64,000 nucleotides of DNA, from the NCBI GenBank assembly GCA_947626565.1, contig CANQSQ010000003.1, positions 1,518 through 65,517 on the forward strand, given 5' to 3'. This DNA comes from an uncultured Bacilli bacterium (GTDB lineage: Bacteria; Bacillota_I; Bacilli_A; RF39; UBA660). The notes under the pieces were generated by a model. It saw nothing but the letters and a program-made list of their open reading frames with translations, did not search any database and was not told the DNA's origin. The translations under genes and the position numbers were made by a program. Positions 28,338 to 37,057 of this stretch are shown here, piece by piece. Numbering within the stretch: the first letter of the stretch is position 1; every line of letters starts with the position of its first letter.

Positions 28338-29492
28338 TTATAATATTTCAACATCTTCTTCAGATTCGGTTTCTGAGTTAGATGAATCTTTAGTAGTATC
28401 TTCTTCTTTAGTTGTTTCTGCTTGAGAAGGTTCTTCTTTAGATTCTTCTGCTTGAGCAATTGGTTCTTCTTTGGCTGGAGCTTCTTCTTGAGCTTGTTTT
28501 TCTTCTGATGAGGTATCTTCTTTAGGTTGTTCCTTAGTTTGTTCCTCTTTGGTAGAATCTTTGGAAGTCTCAGAAGATGAAGTAGAAGTGGTTTTTTGAT
28601 CAAGTGGTTCAAGTTGTTTTTTTAGAATATTTTGGAAAAAGTTTAAATTTAAAAGTTTAGAACCAACTCTAGTATTAAGACGATCTTTTTTCAACTTAAT
28701 ATTTATTAAAGCCTCATTGGCATAATCTACTATTAGAGGGTGTCCACTGATAAAACCAGCCATATCACTATTTAAGAAAATTAATGGTAAAGCCATTTCC
28801 TCAGGAGTAGCTAGACGATGAGCAACACCAGTTTCAGCAATTAAAGCATCATTGCCACCAGCTTCAACTTCAAATTCATCTATCATTCCAGTATCAGTAC
28901 TACCTGGAAGTAAAGCATTGACTCTAATACCAATGTCGCCTAATTCAGCGGCTTTTTCAGCCATATAGAAGTTCATAGCTCTTTTTGATAGAGGATAACT
29001 CATCATACCAATAGTGTCTTCATTAGCTTGATTGTGAAGAGCGGTAATCATTTCTTCCCAAGTTTTTGCCTTAATAAAAGGGGCAAATTCATGGGAGTAT
29101 TTTTCCCAGTGACGACCACCAGATGAAGTTACATAAGCAATAGCACCACCTTGAGACATCCTTGGTTTTAAATACTCTTCAGTAATATATTTATTAGCAA
29201 TAAAATTAACAGTAAAAGTTGTGTAATAATTGGTTATAGCTCCTGATAGGCCAGCAACTCCGAAGAAACAATCAATGTGATCAGGAATTAATTTAAAAGC
29301 ATCATCAATGCTATTTTTATCATTTAAATCAACAGAAATATATTTGACATTTTCTTGATCAATTGGATTTCTATCTAAAGCATAAACTTCAGCATTTAAT
29401 TCATTAAGGATATCAATAGTAGCTTTACCAATACCAGAAGCAGCTCCTGTAACAACACAAATTTTACCAGTATAGTTAAGATAATCTTTCAT
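28338..29492 (-). CDS. SDR-family oxidoreductase with ~110-aa acidic low-complexity C-terminal tail
   Basis: VVTGAASGIGKAT (TGxxxGxG), NALLPG and the YPLSK catalytic YxxxK. The tail is TSTSSSETSKDSTKEEQTKEQPKEDTSSEEKQAQEEAPAKEEPIAQAEESKEEPSQAETTKEED... Confidence 0.85.
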   Translation of the reverse strand: MKDYLNYTGKICVVTGAASGIGKATIDILNELNAEVYALDRNPIDQENVKYISVDLNDKNSIDDAFKLIPDHIDCFFGVAGLSGAITNYYTTFTVNFIANKYITEEYLKPRMSQGGAIAYVTSSGGRHWEKYSHEFAPFIKAKTWEEMITALHNQANEDTIGMMSYPLSKRAMNFYMAEKAAELGDIGIRVNALLPGSTDTGMIDEFEVEAGGNDALIAETGVAHRLATPEEMALPLIFLNSDMAGFISGHPLIVDYANEALINIKLKKDRLNTRVGSKLLNLNFFQNILKKQLEPLDQKTTSTSSSETSKDSTKEEQTKEQPKEDTSSEEKQAQEEAPAKEEPIAQAEESKEEPSQAETTKEEDTTKDSSNSETESEEDVEIL

Positions 29493-29631
29493 AAAAATCC
29501 TCCTTATTCTTTACTATATTGTAACATTTTAGAATTTAAATTAACATAGTATTATGTAAAGTATTGTTTTTTGTTGACATTATTTTGTAAAATTTAAGAA
29601 CTTGTGATAGACTAAAGAAAAGGAGATTAAT

Positions 29632-30228
29632 ATGAAAAAAGTAGAGAAAAAGGATAATAAAAAAATAATATTCATAGTACTTGCTGTTGTAGCTGTAATA
29701 ATAATTTTAATAGTAGTTTGGGGAGTTAGTACATATAATGGTCTAGTATCATTGAAAGAAGATGTAACGGGAGAATATGCTAATATTGAAGTACAGTTGG
29801 AAAGAAGAGCTGATTTAGTACCTAATTTAGTTAATACTGTTGAAGGATATGTTAAACATGAAAGTAGTGTTATTAAAGATATTACTTCAGCAAGAGAAAG
29901 ATTAATTTATGCTGATGATATAGAAGATAAGGCTAAGGCTAATAGTGAGTTAACAAGAGCTATTGATGCTTTGATGGTAGTAGTAGAAAATTATCCTGAT
30001 TTAAAAGCTAATACTAATTTTATTAATTTACAAGATGAATTAGCTGGAACAGAAAATAGAATTGCGACAGCTAGAAGAGATTATAATGAAATAGCTAAAA
30101 AATATAATAGTAAAATCAAAAGAATTCCCACTAATATTATTGCAGAGATTGGAGAATTTGATGATGTTGATTACTTTGAGGCTAGTGCAGATAAAACGTC
30201 TGTTCCTGAAGTAGATTTTGATGATTAA
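29632..30228 (+). CDS. lemA: LemA family protein
   Basis: N-terminal TM segment, then YNGLVSLKEDV...EVQLERRADLVPNLVNTV...YPDLKAN...LAGTENRIATARRDYN, the LemA signature. Confidence 0.9.
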   Translation: MKKVEKKDNKKIIFIVLAVVAVIIILIVVWGVSTYNGLVSLKEDVTGEYANIEVQLERRADLVPNLVNTVEGYVKHESSVIKDITSARERLIYADDIEDKAKANSELTRAIDALMVVVENYPDLKANTNFINLQDELAGTENRIATARRDYNEIAKKYNSKIKRIPTNIIAEIGEFDDVDYFEASADKTSVPEVDFDD

Positions 30229-30275
30229 AGGGTTGATTGAGAAGAGAAATCTTCTTTTTCTTTAAGGAGAAAGTT

Positions 30276-31229
30276 ATGAAAAAATATGGGCAAGACTTAT
30301 TGATTTTCGTTAGTATTATAATTATTTTCTTTAGTAGTAGTGTTTGTTATGCGCTGGTAAAACCTACAAAGAATTTTTATGTAAATGATTATGCAGATAT
30401 TTTGAGTTCGGATGTTGAAAAGCTTATTATAGATTATTCTTATAGTTTAGAGAAAAAGACAAAGGCTCAAATTGTAGTAGTGACTGTTAAAAATTTGGAA
30501 GGAAAAGCAATCGAAGAATATGCTACAGAGTTGTTTCGTAAATTTGGAATTGGTGATAAAAAAGAAAATAATGGGTTATTACTGTTATTAGCTTTAGAAG
30601 AAAGAGAATTTAGAATAGAAGTTGGCTACGGTTTAGAAGGAATATTACCTGATGGTTTAACAGGTAGATATCGAGATGAATATATTTTGCCCTATTTAAA
30701 AGAAAATAAATGGGATGAAGGAATAAAAAATGGTTATTTAGCTTTTTATAAGAAAATTTGTAGTGAATATGGAGTTGATACTAGTATGGTAGAAGCTCCT
30801 AAGGTAATTGAAGAAGGACAAGAAATAGATGAATTAACTAGTACAATAGCTACGCTTTCAGTATCTTTTTCTCTAATTATGGGTGCTGTTTTTGGTACTT
30901 TTATGTTAGAACGCAAAAGAAGTCGTAGAAAAAAGAAAAATAAAAATGATAAATCTTTACTACTTTTTTTGATGGGTATGCTTGTACTTAATATTGGTTT
31001 ATTAGTTTATGATTATTTTATGTTATTTATAGCTTTTGCTGTTTCCTTAGCTGTAGAAATTTTTACTTATGTTTTGGTTAGATTTACTCCGTTTATGAGT
31101 TCAAGTAGAAGATTTAGATCTGGTGGATGGGGAGGCTTTGGAGGCTTTTCGGGTGGCTCTTCATCATTTGGAGGTTTTTCCGGTGGAGGAGGTTCATCAG
31201 GTGGAGGAGGAAGCTCTGGTAAATTTTAA
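30276..31229 (+). CDS. TPM-domain protein (YgcG-like) with Gly-rich C-terminus
   Basis: Signal/TM segment, then FYVNDYADILS...IVVVTVKNLEG TPM domain, TM segments, and a GGWGGFGGFSGGSSSFGGFSGGGGSSGGGGS tail. It shows the typical pairing with lemA. Start 30276 has RBS aaggaga. Confidence 0.85.
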   Translation: MKKYGQDLLIFVSIIIIFFSSSVCYALVKPTKNFYVNDYADILSSDVEKLIIDYSYSLEKKTKAQIVVVTVKNLEGKAIEEYATELFRKFGIGDKKENNGLLLLLALEEREFRIEVGYGLEGILPDGLTGRYRDEYILPYLKENKWDEGIKNGYLAFYKKICSEYGVDTSMVEAPKVIEEGQEIDELTSTIATLSVSFSLIMGAVFGTFMLERKRSRRKKKNKNDKSLLLFLMGMLVLNIGLLVYDYFMLFIAFAVSLAVEIFTYVLVRFTPFMSSSRRFRSGGWGGFGGFSGGSSSFGGFSGGGGSSGGGGSSGKF

Positions 31230-31326
31230 ATAGACAGAGCTTTTTCTTTTGAAATAAATTAAGGTCATTTAGTGGACTATTTTCCTAATAAATGAAGTTT
31301 TCAAGCTTTCCAAAGAAAAGTATTTT

Positions 31327-31335
31327 TGATATAAT
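31327..31335 (+). promoter_or_regulatory. candidate extended -10 promoter (TGATATAAT) for mutS
   Basis: tgatataat lies 22 bp upstream of ATG 31358, which argues against the GTG at 31343 as the start. Confidence 0.4.
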
Positions 31336-31357
31336 GTGATTAGTGGTGAACAGAAAT

Positions 31358-33904
31358 ATGAAACGTAGTGAAGTAGATAGAGAAAAATTAAGTCCCATGA
31401 TGCAACAATATATGGATATAAAAGATAAATACGAAGATTGTATTGTTTTTTTTCGATTAGGTGACTTTTATGAAATGTTTTTTGACGACGCTATTTTAAC
31501 TTCAAGACTTCTAGAATTGGCCTTGACAGGAAAACAAGCTGGATTAGACGAAAGAGTACCTATGTGTGGGATACCACATCATGCTTATAGTACTTATGCA
31601 GATGAATTAGTTGATAAAGGCTATAAAGTAGCTATTTGTGAGCAATTAGAAGATCCTAAAGAAGTTAAAGGGATGGTAAAAAGAGATGTTATTCAGGTAA
31701 TTACTAAAGGAACAAGAATAGACTCTAATATTGATTCAAAGAGTAATAATTTTATAGCCAATATATATTCATTTAATTATTGCTATGGAATAAGTTATGC
31801 CGATATTTCTACAGGAGATGTTTATGCTTTATTGGTAGAGGGAGATAATGATAAAGTTATTAAAGAAATAACAAGACATAATTTTCGAGAAATAATTGTT
31901 AATGATGAAGTTGATAGAGAAATAGTAGAGACTTTAAGAAAAAATTATGATGCTTTAGTAACGATTACTAAGGAAGAATTAAATGATAAAAATTATGAAT
32001 ATATTTATAAAGATATTGAAGATGTAAGATTAGTTAATACATTAAAACACTTGCTTTTTTATATAATTGATACTAAAAAAGGAGACTTACATCATTTACA
32101 AAAATGTCAGATTATTAAGGCTAAAGAATACTTAGAATTTGATAATAATACGAAGAAGAATTTAGAATTAGTAGAGACTCTAAGAAATCGTGAGAGACAA
32201 TTTAGTTTGTTGTGGTTACTTGATAAAAATAAGACAGCTATGGGGTCAAGATTTTTAAAACATAATATAGAAAATCCTTTAACAGATAAAGAGGCTATTG
32301 AAAAAAGATATGATTTTGTTTCTAAATTGTCAACGGAATTTATTTTAAGAGATGATTTAATAAAAGCATTAGGTAATGTCTATGATTTAGAAAGGTTATG
32401 TGGAAGAATAACTTATGGTAATTTAAATGCTAAAGATTTGTTACAGTTAAAGAGTTCATTAAAAGAATTACCTGGTATAAAGAAAATTTTACAAGAATTA
32501 AAGTACGATAAAGAAATTGAAACATTTGAGGAGTTATATTCATTGTTAGAAAGAACTATTTATGAAGATGCACCTTTTACATTACATGAAGGACATTTGA
32601 TAAAAAGTGGGTATAATGAAGAGTTAGATGAATTGAAAAAGATAAGTAGTGGTTCAAAAGACTTTATTTTAGAGATGGAAAAAGAAGAAAAAGAGAAGAC
32701 TGGTATTAAGACTTTGAAAGTAGGCTTTAATAAAGTTTTTGGTTATTATATAGAAGTTAGTAAGGGACAGATTCCTCTTATTAAAGAAGAATTTGGGTAT
32801 GAAAGAAAACAGACACTGGCTAACTGTGAAAGATTTATTACTCCTGTTTTGAAAGAGAAAGAAAATATTATTTTAGGGGCTGAAGAAAAGATAATTAATT
32901 TAGAATATAAATTATTTATGGATATTCGAGAAGTCGTTAAAAGATATGTTAAGAAATTACAAAGATTAGCTAAAGTAATAAGTGAAGTAGATATGTTACA
33001 GGCTTTTTCGGTTGTAAGTGATACTTATAAATTTGTAAGACCGGAATTGACAGAAGAAAAAATGATTAAGATGATTGAATGTCGTCATCCAGTTGTGGAA
33101 CAAGTTATGAAAGATAAATATATTCCAAATGATATTATTATGGATAAGACGACTAATATTTTGCTTATTACTGGACCTAATATGGCTGGTAAATCAACTT
33201 ATATGAGGCAATGTGCAATTACGGTTATAATGGCGCAAATTGGTTGCTTTGTTCCTTGTAAAAGTTGTGTTATGCCTATTTTTGATAAAATCTTTACTAG
33301 AATTGGAGCTAGTGATGACTTAGTTAGTGGTGAATCAACCTTTATGGTAGAGATGAAAGAAGCTAATTATGCTATTAGTGAGGCCACAGAAAATAGTTTG
33401 ATTCTCTTTGATGAGTTAGGAAGAGGAACAGCAACATATGATGGAATGAGTTTAGCTCAAGCTATTTTGGAATATATTCATGATAAAATAAAAGCTAAGA
33501 CCATGTTTTCGACACATTATCATGAACTTACTTCATTAGAAAGAGATTTAAAACATCTTAAGAATATTCATGTTTCAGCTATTGAAGAAAATGGAAGTAT
33601 TACTTTTTTACATAAGATAAAAATGGGAGCTGTTGATAAGAGTTATGGTATTCATGTAGCAGCTTTAGCTAAATTACCAGATTCGTTAATAAAAAGAGCA
33701 GATGACATTTTAAATGTCTATGAGAAAAAGACAGTCAAAAAAGAAGTATTTACTCAAACATCGTTGTTTGAATTAGCAGATGTTGAAGTTAAAGAAAAGA
33801 CTAGTCCTATAGAAGAGGAAATTAAAAAGATTAATCCTTTGGAAATGACACCAATGGAGGCCCTTAATTTCTTATATAATTTAAAAAAAGAAATAAAAGA
33901 ATAA
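31358..33904 (+). CDS. mutS: DNA mismatch repair protein MutS
   Basis: TPMMQQY-type N-terminus (LSPMMQQYMDIKDKY...FFRLGDFYEMF), Walker A GPNMAGKSTYMRQ, STFMVEM, DELGRGT. Confidence 0.95.
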   Translation: MKRSEVDREKLSPMMQQYMDIKDKYEDCIVFFRLGDFYEMFFDDAILTSRLLELALTGKQAGLDERVPMCGIPHHAYSTYADELVDKGYKVAICEQLEDPKEVKGMVKRDVIQVITKGTRIDSNIDSKSNNFIANIYSFNYCYGISYADISTGDVYALLVEGDNDKVIKEITRHNFREIIVNDEVDREIVETLRKNYDALVTITKEELNDKNYEYIYKDIEDVRLVNTLKHLLFYIIDTKKGDLHHLQKCQIIKAKEYLEFDNNTKKNLELVETLRNRERQFSLLWLLDKNKTAMGSRFLKHNIENPLTDKEAIEKRYDFVSKLSTEFILRDDLIKALGNVYDLERLCGRITYGNLNAKDLLQLKSSLKELPGIKKILQELKYDKEIETFEELYSLLERTIYEDAPFTLHEGHLIKSGYNEELDELKKISSGSKDFILEMEKEEKEKTGIKTLKVGFNKVFGYYIEVSKGQIPLIKEEFGYERKQTLANCERFITPVLKEKENIILGAEEKIINLEYKLFMDIREVVKRYVKKLQRLAKVISEVDMLQAFSVVSDTYKFVRPELTEEKMIKMIECRHPVVEQVMKDKYIPNDIIMDKTTNILLITGPNMAGKSTYMRQCAITVIMAQIGCFVPCKSCVMPIFDKIFTRIGASDDLVSGESTFMVEMKEANYAISEATENSLILFDELGRGTATYDGMSLAQAILEYIHDKIKAKTMFSTHYHELTSLERDLKHLKNIHVSAIEENGSITFLHKIKMGAVDKSYGIHVAALAKLPDSLIKRADDILNVYEKKTVKKEVFTQTSLFELADVEVKEKTSPIEEEIKKINPLEMTPMEALNFLYNLKKEIKE

Positions 33905-33937
33905 TAATAAAGAAATAGATAAGAAGAGGTGATATAA

Positions 33938-34339
33938 GTGAAAAACCGTAGTGAATTAAGAGAAATTATCATGAAAGTTATTTATCAAGTAAAAATTTTT
34001 AATGACGCCAAAACAGATTATGATGTAAAGGATTTAATAAAAGAACAATTAGAAGTAGAAAATGAATTTGTAAATAGTTCTGTTTTGGGTATAATAGAAA
34101 AGAAAAAGGAGATAAATAAATTAGCTAATAAATATTTAAAAGATTGGACTATTGATAGATTGAATAAGGTTGATCAAGCAATTCTCTCTTTAGGTATTTA
34201 TGAATTATGTTATACAGATACTCCTTCAGTGGTAGCGATAAATGAAGCTATTGAATTAGCAAAGAAATATTCTGATGAAGCAGTTGTGAAAATGATTAAC
34301 GGAGTTTTAGATAAGATTTATCACGAAGAAGAAAAATAA
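33938..34339 (+). CDS. nusB: transcription antitermination factor NusB
   Basis: About 130 aa. [14 protein letters not shown] start and W.IDRL...D..IL.LG.YEL...[13 protein letters not shown] motifs. GTG start with RBS agaggtg. Confidence 0.85.
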   Translation: MKNRSELREIIMKVIYQVKIFNDAKTDYDVKDLIKEQLEVENEFVNSSVLGIIEKKKEINKLANKYLKDWTIDRLNKVDQAILSLGIYELCYTDTPSVVAINEAIELAKKYSDEAVVKMINGVLDKIYHEEEK

Positions 34340-34348
34340 GAGGTTTTT

Positions 34349-35602
34349 ATGAATGATAAATATATTACAGTAACACAATTAACGAGATATATTAAATATA
34401 AAATTGATAATGATATTCATTTGAATGAAGTTTTTCTAAAGGGAGAAATTTCTAATTTTAAAGCACATAGTAGAGGACATTTTTATTTTACTTTGAAAGA
34501 TGAAGGTAGTAGAATCAATGCTATTATGTTTGCTTCTAATGCTAGAAGTATTAAGTTTAGACCACAAGATGGAATGAAAGTATTGGTAGTAGGAAAAATA
34601 AGTGTTTTTGAAGCTAATGGTTCTTATCAAATTTATGTTAATGACATGGTTGAAGATGGAGTAGGAAATTTATATATTGCTTACGAACAACTTAAGAAAA
34701 AATTGGAAATGGAAGGGTTGTTTGATGTAAATGTTAAGAAGAAAATTCCTAAAATTCCAAGTAAAATTGGGGTAATTACAGCTCCAACGGGAGCCGCTAT
34801 TAAAGATATTATTTCCACTATAAAAAGAAGATGGCCTTTAGGAGAAATATATTTATTTCCGTCATTAGTACAAGGTGAACAGGCTAAAGATGATATTGTA
34901 AAGCAAATTAATAGGGCTCAGGAATATGATTTAGATACTTTAATTGTAGGTCGTGGTGGTGGAAGTATTGAAGACTTGTGGCCTTTTAATGAGGAAGTCG
35001 TCGCTAGAGCTATTTATGATTGTAAGATTCCAGTTATTAGTGCTGTAGGGCATGAAATTGATTTTACAATAGCTGATTTTGTAGCTGATTTGCGAGCACC
35101 AACACCAACAGGAGCGGCGGAAATGGCCGTACCACAAATTAATGATGTGGCTAATTATTTGAATCAGTTAGAAATACGATTAAATACAATAATTGCTCAT
35201 AAAATTAAAAATTATCGACAGAAATTAACGGATATTAAAAGTCGAAGTATATTTATGAATCCCGTTATGATATATCAAGCTAAAGATATGTTATTTGATA
35301 ATTTGTTAGAAAGATTGAAACATAGTACTTTAAATTTAGTTAATATTAAAGGAAGAGAACTAGGTGAAATAAAAAATTCGTATGTGTTAAAAAGTCCATA
35401 TCAATTACTGGATAAGAAAGCCAATAAGTATTTACAGATTGTGTCAAAGTTAGAGACTTTAAGTCCCCTTTTAACGTTAAAAAGAGGTTATACGATGACA
35501 AAAGTGAATGGTAAAGTTATTAATTCTGTAAAAAATGTTAAAAAAGATGAAAAAATAGAAGTAACCTTTAATGATGGTTCAATAGATGCAATAGTTATAT
35601 AG
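34349..35602 (+). CDS. xseA: exodeoxyribonuclease VII large subunit
   Basis: OB-fold N-terminus (TVTQLTRYIK...LKGEISNFKAHSRGHFYFTLKD) and catalytic core (IGVITAPTGAAIKD, GRGGGSIEDLWPFNEE, ISAVGHEIDFTIADFVADLRAPTPT). Confidence 0.92.
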   Translation: MNDKYITVTQLTRYIKYKIDNDIHLNEVFLKGEISNFKAHSRGHFYFTLKDEGSRINAIMFASNARSIKFRPQDGMKVLVVGKISVFEANGSYQIYVNDMVEDGVGNLYIAYEQLKKKLEMEGLFDVNVKKKIPKIPSKIGVITAPTGAAIKDIISTIKRRWPLGEIYLFPSLVQGEQAKDDIVKQINRAQEYDLDTLIVGRGGGSIEDLWPFNEEVVARAIYDCKIPVISAVGHEIDFTIADFVADLRAPTPTGAAEMAVPQINDVANYLNQLEIRLNTIIAHKIKNYRQKLTDIKSRSIFMNPVMIYQAKDMLFDNLLERLKHSTLNLVNIKGRELGEIKNSYVLKSPYQLLDKKANKYLQIVSKLETLSPLLTLKRGYTMTKVNGKVINSVKNVKKDEKIEVTFNDGSIDAIVI

Positions 35603-35612
35603 GAGGAAAATT

Positions 35613-35861
35613 ATGGCAAAAGTTGAAAAAAAAGAGGAGCAAGAAGAAAAATTAAGTTTTGAAGAAAGTCTTGCGAAATTGGAAGAAATAGTAAAAAAAT
35701 TAGAAGTTGGTGATGTACCTTTAGATGATGCGATAAATGAATTTAATAAAGCTATGAAATTGGCTGCGGTTTGTGATGAAAAATTAAAAAATGCCGAGGA
35801 AGCCATAACAAAATTAGTAAAAGATAATGGAGAAGTAGAAGATTTTGAGGTTGAAGAATAA
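35613..35861 (+). CDS. xseB: exodeoxyribonuclease VII small subunit
   Basis: FEESLAKLEEIVKKLEVGDVPLDDAINEFNKAMKL, with size and position right after xseA. Confidence 0.85.
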   Translation: MAKVEKKEEQEEKLSFEESLAKLEEIVKKLEVGDVPLDDAINEFNKAMKLAAVCDEKLKNAEEAITKLVKDNGEVEDFEVEE

Positions 35862-35950
35862 TACTTCTTTTTTTTGCCAAAAATTGTAAGGTGTAGATTT
35901 AATAGAAGAGGTGAAACTATTAATGTAGTAATTGAAAAAGAGGTGAATTT

Positions 35951-36934
35951 ATGGAGAAAAAAAGAAGATTATTACAATTTGTATTTTTACTATTAGCTTT
36001 ATTTCTACCTTTAAATGTTTTAGCCTATTCTGATAAAGTTATTGTAGGTGGTGAAACAATTGGAATCGAAGTGCATTCAAAAGGGGTTTTAATAGTAGAT
36101 TTTTACAAAATAAATGATAAATATATTGCGAAAGATGCTGGGTTTCAAGTAGGAGATATTATTACTAAAGTAAGTGGTGAGGAAATAAATGGTATTGAAG
36201 AACTTACTAATATGCTGGAAGGTAGACAGGGAGAAATTACTTTTACGGTGGAAAGAAATGGTAAGGAAAAGTATATTAATTTTACATTAGTAGAAGATGA
36301 AAATGGTATATTAAAGACAGGTCTTTATATAAAAGATCAAATTAATGGAGTTGGAACTCTTTCTTACATTGATCCAAATAGTAAAATCTTTGGTTCTTTG
36401 GGACATGAAATAATAGAGAAATCGACTATTTCTAAGTTTGAAATAAAAGATGGCGAAATATATGAGGCTAATGTTACTAATATTATTAAAAGTACAGATG
36501 GAAGAGCTGGAGAAAAGAATTCAGTTTACAATAGAGAAAATGTATATGGTAAAATTGAAGAAAATGAATTAACGGGTATTTTTGGTACTTATACTGGAGA
36601 TTTGACTGAAAAAGAAATTATGGAAGTTGGTAAAGAAGAAGATGTACATACGGGTAAGGCTAGTATTAGAACCGTTGTTAGTGATAATAATGTAGAAGAG
36701 TTTGATATTAATATTTTGACACTTAATTTAGACAGTGAAACAAAAAATATTTTGTTTGAAATAACTGATAAAGAATTATTAGAAAAAACAGGAGGAGTTA
36801 TTCAAGGAATGAGTGGTTCACCCATTTTGCAAGATGGTAAAATAATTGGGGCAGTAAACTACGTTATTGTAAATGATACATCGAAAGGTTATGGAGTCTT
36901 TATAACAACGATGTTAGAAGAAGGGGAAAATTAA
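35951..36934 (+). CDS. spoIVB: SpoIVB peptidase (S55, sporulation signalling protease)
   Basis: Signal peptide, PDZ region (GFQVGDIITKVSGEEINGIEEL), then the S55 domain with GTLSYIDP, SLGHEI and catalytic-Ser motif GGVIQGMSGSPILQDGKIIGAV. Confidence 0.85.
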   Translation: MEKKRRLLQFVFLLLALFLPLNVLAYSDKVIVGGETIGIEVHSKGVLIVDFYKINDKYIAKDAGFQVGDIITKVSGEEINGIEELTNMLEGRQGEITFTVERNGKEKYINFTLVEDENGILKTGLYIKDQINGVGTLSYIDPNSKIFGSLGHEIIEKSTISKFEIKDGEIYEANVTNIIKSTDGRAGEKNSVYNRENVYGKIEENELTGIFGTYTGDLTEKEIMEVGKEEDVHTGKASIRTVVSDNNVEEFDINILTLNLDSETKNILFEITDKELLEKTGGVIQGMSGSPILQDGKIIGAVNYVIVNDTSKGYGVFITTMLEEGEN

Positions 36935-36952
36935 AAATAAGATGTTGGTATG

Positions 36953-36983
36953 AAATAAGATGTTTGGTATGCATCTTATTTTT
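36953..36983 (+). terminator. intrinsic terminator after spoIVB
   Basis: aaataagatg / catcttattt 10-bp stem with a 9-nt loop, followed by Ts. The left arm is part of an 18-19-bp tandem duplication (36935-36971). Confidence 0.6.
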
Positions 36984-37002
36984 AAATGAAAAGAATTTAG
37001 GA

Positions 37003-37031
37003 TTGAAAAAGTAGGTAAAAATAGTTATAAT
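37003..37031 (+). promoter_or_regulatory. candidate sigma-A promoter for the pilin-like gene
   Basis: TTGAAA (37003-37008), 17-nt spacer, TATAAT (37026-37031). RBS gtgaggag precedes ATG 37058. Confidence 0.55.
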
Positions 37032-37057
37032 TAATGGTATAGTAGTGAGGAGTAGAA

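Noticed and set aside
28137-28612. Minus-strand ORFs 28137-28325 and 28322-28612
   Set aside because: 28322-28612 is an alternative frame of the repetitive acidic tail of the SDR gene (a Lys/Leu/Gln repeat artefact). 28137-28325 is antisense to the RBS-supported 37-aa peptide gene and has no RBS.
36935-36971. 18-19-bp tandem duplication aaataagatgt(t)tggtatg after spoIVB
   Set aside because: There are only two copies and the second forms the left arm and loop of the terminator hairpin. It is most simply a local duplication without separate function.
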